Positions 1-8,786 of a stretch of 32,000 bases of DNA are shown one piece after another; position 1 is the first letter of the stretch; every line of letters begins with the position of its first letter. Position numbers and translations under genes: made by a program. The stretch comes from Alkalilimnicola ehrlichii MLHE-1. GTDB lineage: Bacteria; Pseudomonadota; Gammaproteobacteria; Nitrococcales; Halorhodospiraceae. The stretch covers positions 1,170,001 to 1,202,000 of the forward strand of contig NC_008340.1 in NCBI RefSeq assembly GCF_000014785.1, in the 5' to 3' direction. The notes beneath the pieces were generated by a model, which saw only the letters and a program-made list of their open reading frames with translations, ran no database searches and was not told where the DNA came from.

Positions 1-2
1 CC

Positions 3-1046
3 GGTATCCAGGTGCGTATGATCACCGGGGACCACTCCCTCACCGCCCGCGCCATCGGCAAGCAGCTCGGGATCGGCGATGGTGAGCACGCCCTGGCCGG
101 CCACGAGATCCAGGAGATGGACGACACCACGCTCCAGGAGCGGGCGCGGGATGTGGAGGTCTTCGCGCGGACCACGCCCGAGCACAAGCTGCGCCTGGTC
201 AAGGTCCTGCAGGCGGACAACCAGGTGGTGGCGATGACCGGTGATGGCGTGAACGATGCCCCGGCGCTGAAGCGGGCCGATGTGGGGATCGCCATGGGCG
301 TGAAGGGCACGGAGGCGGCCAAGGAGGCCTCCGAGATGGTGCTGGCGGACGATAATTTCGCCTCCATCGCCCATGCGGTGGAGGAGGGCCGGACGGTCTA
401 TGACAACCTGAAAAAGGCCATCCTGTTTATCCTGCCCACCAACGGCGGGCAGGCCTTCACCATCGTCTCCGCGATTATGCTGGGTCTGGCGCTGCCGCTG
501 GAGCCGGTACAGGCCTTGTGGGTGAATATGGTCACGGCGGTGACCCTGGCCCTGGCCCTCGCCTTTGAGCCGCCGGAGCCGGGGCTGATGGAGCGCCGGC
601 CCAGGGAGCCGGGGCGGCCGCTGCTGTCGGGCTTCTTGATCTGGCGGGTGCTGTTCGTCTCGGCGCTGCTGGTGGTGGGCACCTTCGGTCACTATTTCTG
701 GATGATCGAATGGGAAGGCGCCAGCCAGGAGCTGGCGCGCACCGCCGCCATCAACACCCTGGTGGTGGGGCAGATGTTTTACCTCATCAACAGCCGGTAC
801 ATCCTCGAGTCGGTGCTCAACATCCGCGGGTTGCTGGGCAGCCGCCCGGTGCTGATTGCGATCGCGCTGCTGCTGGTCCTGCAGATGCTCTTCACTTATT
901 CGGGGCCGTTCCAGTTCCTGTTCAGCACCGAAGGGATCGGCTGGGATGAGTGGTCGCGGATCCTGATCTTCGGGCTGGCCCTGTTCTTCATTGTCGAGGC
1001 CGAGAAGGCGGTGCTGCGGCCGAGGCTGGACCCGACCCGGGCCTGA
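3..1046 (+). CDS. Cation-transporting P-type ATPase, C-terminal part (truncated by left window edge)
   Basis: In-frame from the left edge (GIQVRMITGDHSLTARAIG), with P-type ATPase hinge motif TGDGVNDAPALKRADVGIAMG and C-terminal TM segments; TGA at 1044-1046. The GTG at 12 used by the ORF track is probably internal. Confidence 0.93.
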   Translation, partial: GIQVRMITGDHSLTARAIGKQLGIGDGEHALAGHEIQEMDDTTLQERARDVEVFARTTPEHKLRLVKVLQADNQVVAMTGDGVNDAPALKRADVGIAMGVKGTEAAKEASEMVLADDNFASIAHAVEEGRTVYDNLKKAILFILPTNGGQAFTIVSAIMLGLALPLEPVQALWVNMVTAVTLALALAFEPPEPGLMERRPREPGRPLLSGFLIWRVLFVSALLVVGTFGHYFWMIEWEGASQELARTAAINTLVVGQMFYLINSRYILESVLNIRGLLGSRPVLIAIALLLVLQMLFTYSGPFQFLFSTEGIGWDEWSRILIFGLALFFIVEAEKAVLRPRLDPTRA

Positions 1047-1085
1047 TCGGGCCCGGGGCCTGCGCCCTGCACGCCGTCGCGGGGT

Positions 1086-1703
1086 TCAGGGGTGATCGCA
1101 CTCCGCCACCACGGTGGACAGGGCCTCCAGCAGCACATCGGTGGTCTCGGCCCCGATGATCTCGATGCGGCCGTCCATCAGGTAGAAGGGGACCGCCCTG
1201 ACGTTGAGCTCACGGGCGTGCGCCAGGTCGGCGGTCAGGCCGGCGGTACCGCCGTCCCCGGCCAGGGTCTCACGGATCAGCTCCCGGGGCATCCCGGCCT
1301 CGGCGCCGGCCATCTCCAATACCTGGTGATTGGACAGGTCACCCCCCTCGACAAAACCGGCGTGAAACAGGGCGTCGGCCACCCGTAAGGGGTCCAGACC
1401 CTGTTCGCGGGCCACCTGAACCAGCCGGTGGGCGTCGTAGGCGTCCACCAGCGGCGGGGGGTGGCGGGCCAGTGGCAGTGCGTCGGTGTGCGCCTGGTCG
1501 AGAAAATCGCGGTCCAGCTCCTGCGAGCGCGGGGGCAGGGGCGGGCGATGGCGAGAGCGCGCAGGAAACAGCTCCAATGACCGCCATATAATGCGTACCG
1601 GCGGACCGTCCGGCAGTTGCGCCAGGGCGCGCTCCAGCCTGTGTTTGCCCAGGTAGCACCAAGGGCAGACCAGATCCGAAAACAGCTCGATGTCGACACT
1701 CAT
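1086..1703 (-). CDS. DsbA family oxidoreductase (FrnE-like 2-hydroxychromene isomerase/DSBA thioredoxin fold)
   Basis: MSVDIELFSDLVCPWCYLGKHRLERAL...: CPWC active site near the N terminus and FrnE-like C-terminal GVRAVPF-type segment (ELNVRAVPFYLMDGR). The track start at 1763 is probably too long; Met21 (1703) precedes the conserved region. Confidence 0.85.
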   Translation of the reverse strand: MSVDIELFSDLVCPWCYLGKHRLERALAQLPDGPPVRIIWRSLELFPARSRHRPPLPPRSQELDRDFLDQAHTDALPLARHPPPLVDAYDAHRLVQVAREQGLDPLRVADALFHAGFVEGGDLSNHQVLEMAGAEAGMPRELIRETLAGDGGTAGLTADLAHARELNVRAVPFYLMDGRIEIIGAETTDVLLEALSTVVAECDHP

Positions 1704-1846
1704 AAGCCCGACTCGGCAGCTGGGTGAATCTCCCAGTATCCTCCCCGTATCGCTGGATGTCATCCCCCGCGTGCGGAGGGCAGTTCCGGTTGCAGCCTGG
1801 GGGTGTAACGGCGATCCTGAGAATGGGCAGTGACTGAGGGGGTTGA

Positions 1847-3487
1847 ATGCGTCGAGTCACCCGAATCTTCGGGCAGTTCTCCACGGCGGGGCTGCTGTTG
1901 GGCACCCTGTTTTTCGCCTTCTCGCTGACCCCGAGCCTGTTGCCCCGGCCTTTCCTGGTGCAGGGTGTCATCTCCGGGCTGTCGTTCGCCGCAGGGTATG
2001 CCCTGGGCTTCGCCGGCCAGTGGCTGTGGGCCTATTTGGAATTGCCCGCCCCCCGCGCCCGCCTGGGCAGTGCCGTGAAACTGCTCGCGACCCTGGCCTG
2101 CGTGGTGATCGCGGGCCATTTCCTGGCCCGGGCCTCGGAGTGGCAGAACTCCGTGCGGACCCTGATGGGGGTGGAGCCTGTGAGCGGGATCCGGGCCTAC
2201 AGCATCGCGTTGATTGCCCTAGCGGTCTTCGCCCTGTTGTTGCTGCTGGCACGCCTTTTCCGTCACACCTTCCTGCTGCTCTCGGCGCGGCTGCAGCGCC
2301 ATGTGCCCCGCCGGGTGTCGCACGTGGCCGGGATCGGCGCCGCGCTGCTGCTGTTCTGGTCGGTCATCGACGGGGTGATCTTCACCCTGGGCCTGCGCGC
2401 CGCCGATAACTCCTACCAACAAGTGGATGCCTTGATCCAGGATGACTTGGATCCGCCGGAGGACCCGATGCGTACCGGCAGCGCCGCCTCCCTCATCACC
2501 TGGGAGGAGTTGGGCAGCCGCGGGCGCCGGTTCGTCAGCAGCGGGCCGACAGCGGAGGACCTGCGCTGGTTTCACGGCGAACCGGTGCCGGAGCCCATTC
2601 GGGTCTATGTGGGGTTGAACGCGGCGGAGACCCCGGAGGCCCGGGCCGAGCTGGCCCTGGAGGAGCTCAAGCGGGTGGGTGGTTTCGACCGCTCGGTGTT
2701 GCTGATCGCAACCCCCACCGGGCGGGGTTGGGTGGACCCGGCCGCCCAGGAACCGGCCGAGTACCTGCACCGTGGCGATATCGCGACGGTGACCGCGCAG
2801 TACTCCTACCTGCCCAGCCCCTTGTCGTTGCTGGTGGAGGGTGACTACGGGGTGGAGACCGCCCGCGCCCTGTTTCAGGCCGTGTACGGGCATTGGAGCC
2901 GCCTACCGGAGGACGAGCGGCCCCGCCTCTATCTCCACGGTCTGAGCCTGGGGGCGCTGAATTCCGATCGCTCCTTCGATGTCTACGACATCATTCAGGA
3001 TCCGTTCGACGGGGCGCTCTGGAGCGGTCCCCCCTTTCGCAGCGAGACCTGGCGTACCGTCACCCGCGGCCGGGACGCCGGATCACCGGCCTGGTTGCCC
3101 CGGTTCCGTGACGGCTCGGTGGTCCGATTCATGAACCAGTACGAGGGCCTGGAGGATCAGGGTGATGAGTGGGGGCCCTTCCGGATCGCCTTCCTGCAGT
3201 ATGCCAGCGACCCGGTGACGTTCTTTGATCCCGCCGTGCTCTATCGTGAACCGGAATGGATGCGGGAGCCGCGTGGCCCGGATGTCTCCACCGAACTGCG
3301 CTGGTACCCGGTCGTCACGATGTTGCAGCTGCTGGCCGATATTGCGGTGGGAGGGGCACCCCGGGGGCATGGCCATGAGATCGCCGCCGAACACTATGTC
3401 GATGCCTGGGTGGCGCTGACCGAGCCGGAGGGCTGGTCTGAGTCGGAGCTGGACCGGCTGCGCGGCCGGTCCCGGCCGGAGGAGTGA
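1847..3487 (+). CDS. Membrane protein of the alpha/beta-hydrolase family (N-terminal TM domain plus C-terminal hydrolase domain with nucleophile elbow HGLSLGA)
   Basis: 546-aa ORF with several N-terminal hydrophobic helices and a C-terminal hydrolase region (LYLHGLSLGALNSDRS). Confidence 0.75.
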   Translation: MRRVTRIFGQFSTAGLLLGTLFFAFSLTPSLLPRPFLVQGVISGLSFAAGYALGFAGQWLWAYLELPAPRARLGSAVKLLATLACVVIAGHFLARASEWQNSVRTLMGVEPVSGIRAYSIALIALAVFALLLLLARLFRHTFLLLSARLQRHVPRRVSHVAGIGAALLLFWSVIDGVIFTLGLRAADNSYQQVDALIQDDLDPPEDPMRTGSAASLITWEELGSRGRRFVSSGPTAEDLRWFHGEPVPEPIRVYVGLNAAETPEARAELALEELKRVGGFDRSVLLIATPTGRGWVDPAAQEPAEYLHRGDIATVTAQYSYLPSPLSLLVEGDYGVETARALFQAVYGHWSRLPEDERPRLYLHGLSLGALNSDRSFDVYDIIQDPFDGALWSGPPFRSETWRTVTRGRDAGSPAWLPRFRDGSVVRFMNQYEGLEDQGDEWGPFRIAFLQYASDPVTFFDPAVLYREPEWMREPRGPDVSTELRWYPVVTMLQLLADIAVGGAPRGHGHEIAAEHYVDAWVALTEPEGWSESELDRLRGRSRPEE

Positions 3488-3505
3488 ACGGCGCCGGGCG
3501 GCCTG

Positions 3506-5434
3506 TCACGGCGCTGTGCGTCGGCGCCGGGGGATGGGGATGTGCTGTTCCTGGATGCGGCAGTAGAGCGTGGAGCGGGCGATGCCCAATTGCCGGGCAG
3601 CCCGGGAGACATTGCCCTCACACCGGCGCAGGGCCTGCTCGATGGCGGCCCGCTCCACCGTGGCTAGTTGCAGATTGCCGTCCTCGCCGGGCGTGGGGGC
3701 TGGGGCGGGGGTGAGGATCTCTTCCGGCAACGCCTCCACGTCGATCGTGGCGGCGTCAGTCAGAGCGGCAGTGGTGGTGATAGCATTGCGCAGTTGGCGC
3801 ACATTCCCGGGCCAGTGGTAGCGCAGCAGGGCGTCCATGGCCTCCGCGGACAGTGACTGGGGCGTTCGCCCACTGCGGGTGGCCTGTTGCCGCAGGTAGT
3901 ACTCCGCCAGCAGGGCGATATCGTCTCCGCGTTCCCGCAGCGGGGGGATGCGCAGGCGCAGGGCGGCGATCCGGTAGAAAAGATCCTGACGGAAGCGTCC
4001 GGACTCGATCTCCTCCGGCAGATTGCGGTTGGTCATGGACAGCAGCCGGGCCCGGACCCGTCGGGGCTGGTGGCTGCCGATGCGATAGACGACCCCATCC
4101 TCCAGGATGCGCAACAGGGTGGGTTGCAGGTCCAGCGGCATCTCGCTGACCTCGTCCAGGCAAAGGGTGCCGCCGTCGGCGGCCTCCAGTTTTCCGGGCC
4201 GGCCCTCCTGACTGGCGCCGGTGAAGGCCCCGCCCACGTAACCAAACATTTCGCCGCCGATCAGGTCCTTGGGAAGCGCCCCGCAATTGACCGGGATAAA
4301 GGGCCCGGTCAGCATGCTCAGGGCGTGGATGCCCTGTGCGAAGAGCTCTTTGCCGACCCCGGTCTCGCCCTCGATCAGGATCGGGGCGTCGGTGGCCGCG
4401 AGTCGGCGGGCCTTATCGCAGGCGGCGCGCATGGCCGGGCTGTCCCCGATCAGGGTGTCCAGCGAGAAGCCGTCCGACGGGTGCTCGCCCATGTCCCGAT
4501 TACGCGGCCGGATGCCGGTCCGACCCTGACGCGGTGCCAGGATAACCCCCAGGTGCTCGCCATCCACGGTCACCGGTTCAATGTCCGCGGTGGGCAGCTG
4601 GGCGTGGAGCTTGTCCAGCCATTCTTCCGCAGGGGTGTCCCGCAGTAGCGGGATGGTGTTCTCGAAAAACAGGTTACGGGAGGCGCGGCTGATCTGGCGT
4701 CGCACCTGTTCGTTGCCATGCACGATGACGCCGCTGCGACTGACCACCAGGACGTCGCGGTGCTTCCAGCGCCGTCCCATCCCCAGAAACCGGTCTATCA
4801 GCCGCCGGTGGTCGGCCTCGGTGGCCTGTATCAGCCCACCCTCAATCTGGCGGGCCACTGCCACCACGTAGGCCAGGCTTTGTGGGTTAAAGCTCTCCGC
4901 GGGTCCGGAGAGGTCCACGACACCGAGAATGCGCCGGGTCGTTGGGCTGAACACCGGCGCGGCGGCGCAAGTCCAGCGCTGTACCCGGCAGCAATAGTGT
5001 TCGTAGCCATGGATCTGGACCGGTTGCTGGCTGGCCAGCGCGGTGCCGATGGCGTTCGTGCCGATGTGGCCCTCGTCCCACAACCCGCCCCGGCACAGGC
5101 CGATGTCCTGGCCATGTTCGATCACCCGCCGGTCGCCGACGGTCTCCAGGACGGTGCCATGGGCGTTGCTCAACATGACCATGGCCCGGGCCTCGCTGAG
5201 AAACCGGCGCCCCTGTTCCAGTGCCGGGCGTGCCGCCGTCAGGAAGGGGCCGCTTTGCTGCCGGACGCGCAGGAACTCGCCATCGCTGAGCGCTTGGGTC
5301 TGGGAGCGGTCCACCGGTACGTTGTTGTCCAGGGAGCGCTGCCAGGAGGCGAGGACTTCGTCACGCACCCCTGTCGGCGTTTCCCCCTGACTGAGGAAGC
5401 TCTCCCAGGCCTGATAAATGCGGCGATCCTGCAT
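3506..5434 (-). CDS. acxR: Sigma-54-dependent Fis-family transcriptional activator, AcoR/AcxR type (probable acetone carboxylase regulator)
   Basis: 642 aa with N-terminal GAF-like region, AAA+ domain (GETGVGKELFAQGIH, GGAFTGA loop, GTLCLDEVSEMPLDLQPTLLRIL), C-terminal Fis-type HTH (RRCEGNVSRAARQLGIARSTLYCRI). Sits directly downstream of acxC on the same strand. Confidence 0.85.
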   Translation of the reverse strand: MQDRRIYQAWESFLSQGETPTGVRDEVLASWQRSLDNNVPVDRSQTQALSDGEFLRVRQQSGPFLTAARPALEQGRRFLSEARAMVMLSNAHGTVLETVGDRRVIEHGQDIGLCRGGLWDEGHIGTNAIGTALASQQPVQIHGYEHYCCRVQRWTCAAAPVFSPTTRRILGVVDLSGPAESFNPQSLAYVVAVARQIEGGLIQATEADHRRLIDRFLGMGRRWKHRDVLVVSRSGVIVHGNEQVRRQISRASRNLFFENTIPLLRDTPAEEWLDKLHAQLPTADIEPVTVDGEHLGVILAPRQGRTGIRPRNRDMGEHPSDGFSLDTLIGDSPAMRAACDKARRLAATDAPILIEGETGVGKELFAQGIHALSMLTGPFIPVNCGALPKDLIGGEMFGYVGGAFTGASQEGRPGKLEAADGGTLCLDEVSEMPLDLQPTLLRILEDGVVYRIGSHQPRRVRARLLSMTNRNLPEEIESGRFRQDLFYRIAALRLRIPPLRERGDDIALLAEYYLRQQATRSGRTPQSLSAEAMDALLRYHWPGNVRQLRNAITTTAALTDAATIDVEALPEEILTPAPAPTPGEDGNLQLATVERAAIEQALRRCEGNVSRAARQLGIARSTLYCRIQEQHIPIPRRRRTAP

Positions 5435-5768
5435 GTCGTCTCCTCCGGTGCGGGTGGCCGTCGGGCCGGGTGCAGGGCCCCGATCCGTCGCAACCCACGG
5501 CGCGGTGCCGGCGTGTGCGCACGAGGGGAAGTGGCCCGGAGCCGGCGCCGTTTGGCGGCGCCTGGGCTGCGGTATGGCAGCGGGGACGTTGTACGTGGTT
5601 CGGCGGGTTGGGCACGACGCCCCTGCCTTTGATTATGGGTGTTGTTGCGCCACCGACACGATGTTGGCGTATTGTCTTCTTTATAGCAGTCATCGTGCCG
5701 GGCTGCAGCGCTGTCATGAGTGAGAATGCTGCGCTTTGGAAAACCAGGTGCGTGGCTCAGACCCCTGG

Positions 5769-5800
5769 ACATGGCCGGACGGCGCGCCGCCCGGCCATGT
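5769..5800. terminator. Large hairpin just downstream of acxC stop
   Basis: ACATGGCCGG - 12 nt - CCGGCCATGT, 10-bp perfect arms; no U-tract, so may be a processing/attenuation hairpin rather than an intrinsic terminator. Confidence 0.45.
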
Positions 5801-5816
5801 CATGCACAAGGCGGTA

Positions 5817-6323
5817 TCAGCCCTCGGCGCGTTCGGGCACCTCGAGGCCGAGCCAGTCCCGATAGAACGTCTCGATATCCGGTTCGAAGTCATGGATCAC
5901 CGGGTACCAGGCGGTCGGTGCCTCCACGTCCAACAGGTCACCGCTGAGTGGACAGTAGTACTCACGGATGGTCTGCCAGCCGGACGAGGGTGCCATCAGC
6001 TCCGGGTAGATCTCGTCGAGGGCCTCCTGGCTCTCCCGTACATAGATCAGGGCGTGCAGCTTCCAGTTCTCACGGTAGTCGCAGAACACGTGGCCGGCCT
6101 CGGATTTGATCACCCAGCGATGGGTGTCCTGCTCCTGGACGATGTAGAGCTTGGGGCCCAAGGGCAGGATGATGCGGTCGTCCCAGGGCACCCGTTCCTG
6201 CAGGATGCTGATATAGGTCTCGAAACGATCCTCGTCCTTGGGGCTCGAGAGCATCTTGTGCAGGGTGTCTGGGTCGATGGTGCCGTCGATGAGATCGGCG
6301 ATCTTGGTACGTTCGTAAGACAT
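5817..6323 (-). CDS. acxC: Acetone carboxylase gamma subunit
   Basis: 168 aa (MSYERTKIADLIDGTIDPDTLHKMLSSPKDEDRFETYISILQERVPWDDRIILPLGPKLYIV...), size and position match the ~20 kDa gamma subunit downstream of the large subunits. Confidence 0.88.
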   Translation of the reverse strand: MSYERTKIADLIDGTIDPDTLHKMLSSPKDEDRFETYISILQERVPWDDRIILPLGPKLYIVQEQDTHRWVIKSEAGHVFCDYRENWKLHALIYVRESQEALDEIYPELMAPSSGWQTIREYYCPLSGDLLDVEAPTAWYPVIHDFEPDIETFYRDWLGLEVPERAEG

Positions 6324-6390
6324 GGGTGTACTCCGTTTATGTTGTCCGCAAAGGCAGGGAGCCCGGTGGCCGTGACCACCGAGCCGCAGC

Positions 6391-8730
6391 CTATTCCTCT
6401 TCCACCAGTTTCACGGTGCGCACATCGGGCAGTTCAGACAGGTCCATGTGGTAGTGCGAGCCGTAATGGGGGATGCCCAGCTCCTCCTCGTGCAATTCCC
6501 AGTGCTCGGGCAGGTTCCAGAAGGCCTTGAAGTGGGCCAGGAAGCGCGGGCTGAGTTTGAAGGAGGAGGCGAACATCTGTTGCACTTGGGTGCTGGCCTC
6601 CTTTTTGAGGATGCGCGCGCGCTCCTGCTTCATCCATTCCATCGTCGGCATCGCCCGGTCCAGCCGCTCCTTGCGTATCGCCTGGCGGCGGGCCTCGGTG
6701 GCTTTGCTGTCCACCCGCGGGCCGTCGTCGGTCTCCTGGGTCACTACACCGTAGATCCTCTCGGCGAAGCGGGGCAGGATGTGTCCCTCCGCCAGGTCGT
6801 GGGCCACCATGACGGGGTCACGCTCCAGCGGGTCGCCGAAGCCCGGGCCGCCCTTCATGGTGTTGAGGTAGAGGTCATAGTCCTTGTACATGGCCTCGGT
6901 GGTGATGGCCTGCTTGTCCCGCTTGACCCGGGCGTCCGGGATCAGCTTCTCGTAGGCGTTCTCCCCCGGGTCCACGTCGCCGCCGAGGGGAATGGGCTTT
7001 CCGGCCTCGATCAGCTCCTTGATGCCGGTGTCGTGGGCGGTGAAGCGGTAGCCGGATGCAGCCGGGAAGCCGCCCATCAGGCCCCAGTCGGAGCTGATGT
7101 GGCCGTTGCCCATGAAGAACATGGTCCAGTCCTTGGCGTTCCAGACCATGCGCAGGCTCTCCCAGCCGCTGCCGCCACGGTACTTGCCGGAGCCGCCGGA
7201 ACTGGCCTTGATCTGCCGGCCCAGGTAGACCAGGGGCTCGGCCAGCTCCCAGATCTCCATATCGCCCATGTCGCCCTCGGGGTTCCAGATCGCCGCCGCG
7301 TGGCTGATGCCGTCGCCGAAGGCCGAGGCGCCGACGCCGTTGGCGGCGCACTCGAAGCTGTTGACCGCGTGGATCTCGTCGTACTGGTTGAACCCCCCGC
7401 CCTGCAGCCAGTTGGAGGTGTTAGCGTTGCCGGCGTTGACCTCCTCAAGGTAGCCACGCCCGAAATAGGATCGGCTCAAGCCCCGCCACAGGGCGGTCCA
7501 GCTGGAGACCAGGAAGTGCCAGGAGTAGGAGAAGGCCACCCTGCGGTCGTCCGGATTCATCCACGTGCCCTTGGGCAGCCGGAACTCGGTGCCGTAGGCG
7601 GCGCCGTCGTTGATCATCTCGGTGGGTATGAGCGTCTGGGTCATCATTACCCAGATGCCGGAGGTGAAACTCACCTGGTGGGCATTGTAGGTATGCCAGC
7701 CCCACCGGGTGGCGCCCTCGAAGTCCAGTTTCCAGGTGCCATCCCCGCGGATCTCGATCTCCGATGGGGTGTGCATAATGGTGTCCACCTTGGCGAAATC
7801 GGAGGGCACCCGCACATCCTCGTGCTTGTAAGGGACATCCACGAAGCCGACCTGGCGGTACTTGCCGGGGATGGTCATGGCCTTGATGCGGGCCTGCAGA
7901 CCGCGCCGGCCGTGCTCCACGGACTCGTAGCAGAACTGCCAGTAGGCATCGATGCCCTCATCGCGGATCAGCTCCTCGACCATGTCGCGGATCATGTGGC
8001 AGCCGGCCACCCGGGTGCGTTCGTCCAGCATCCAGTAACGGGTGGTGCGGACCATGCGCTGGCTCTCGTGCAGCCAGTCGCGGAACAGGGTGTCGTTGGC
8101 GCCGATTTTGCGGCAGGTGACCGAGTAGCCGTCGCCGAAGCGCTGGATCTGCCCGGTGGCCATGGAGCCGGGGCCCACCGCACCGGTGTCGATGACGTGG
8201 GTGACACCCCCCACCCAGCCCACCAGCTTGCCCTCCCAGAAGATGGGCACGATGGTGTGGATGTCGCAGGGGTGAACGTTGCCGATCAGCGAGTCGTTGT
8301 TGCAGAAGATGTCCTTGTCCTGGACGCCGGGGTTGTGCTCCCAGTCGTTCTCGATCATGTACTTGATCGCCGCGCCCATGGTGCCCACGTGGATGATGAT
8401 CCCCGTGGAGGTCACGATGGCGTCGCCGGCGGCGTTGTAGAGGGTGAAGCAGAGTTCGCCCTCCTGCTCGACAATGGGTGAGGCGGCGATCCGTTTGGCG
8501 GTCTCGCGGGCGTCCACCACCCCGGCGCGCAGCCGTGAGAACATCTTGTTGTAGCGAATCGGCTCCTCGTCGCGCAGGGCCAGGCTCTGTAGACCGGCGT
8601 AGTGGCCGGTGCCCCGGGTCGCGTCCAGTACGCGGTCGCGGTGTTGTTTCAGGCTCTCACCGCCGCGGACGATGCCGGTGGTCTGTTCGCCGCCCCCGGC
8701 ATATTGGGGTTCGATACGTTCGTAGGACAT
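6391..8730 (-). CDS. acxB: Acetone carboxylase alpha subunit (hydantoinase B/oxoprolinase-like)
   Basis: 779 aa; hydantoinase-B family features (DIFCNNDSLIGNVHPCDIHTIVPIFWEGKLVGWVGG...; RQIKASSGGSGKYRGGSGWES). Confidence 0.9.
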   Translation of the reverse strand: MSYERIEPQYAGGGEQTTGIVRGGESLKQHRDRVLDATRGTGHYAGLQSLALRDEEPIRYNKMFSRLRAGVVDARETAKRIAASPIVEQEGELCFTLYNAAGDAIVTSTGIIIHVGTMGAAIKYMIENDWEHNPGVQDKDIFCNNDSLIGNVHPCDIHTIVPIFWEGKLVGWVGGVTHVIDTGAVGPGSMATGQIQRFGDGYSVTCRKIGANDTLFRDWLHESQRMVRTTRYWMLDERTRVAGCHMIRDMVEELIRDEGIDAYWQFCYESVEHGRRGLQARIKAMTIPGKYRQVGFVDVPYKHEDVRVPSDFAKVDTIMHTPSEIEIRGDGTWKLDFEGATRWGWHTYNAHQVSFTSGIWVMMTQTLIPTEMINDGAAYGTEFRLPKGTWMNPDDRRVAFSYSWHFLVSSWTALWRGLSRSYFGRGYLEEVNAGNANTSNWLQGGGFNQYDEIHAVNSFECAANGVGASAFGDGISHAAAIWNPEGDMGDMEIWELAEPLVYLGRQIKASSGGSGKYRGGSGWESLRMVWNAKDWTMFFMGNGHISSDWGLMGGFPAASGYRFTAHDTGIKELIEAGKPIPLGGDVDPGENAYEKLIPDARVKRDKQAITTEAMYKDYDLYLNTMKGGPGFGDPLERDPVMVAHDLAEGHILPRFAERIYGVVTQETDDGPRVDSKATEARRQAIRKERLDRAMPTMEWMKQERARILKKEASTQVQQMFASSFKLSPRFLAHFKAFWNLPEHWELHEEELGIPHYGSHYHMDLSELPDVRTVKLVEEE

Positions 8731-8786
8731 GGTGATCTCTCCGGATTGGGTCTGCCTATCGGGTTTCGGGTCACAGGGGCTGTGGC

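Noticed and set aside
6448-8481. 677-aa plus-strand ORF
   Set aside because: Fully antisense to the well-supported acetone carboxylase alpha subunit; shadow ORF.
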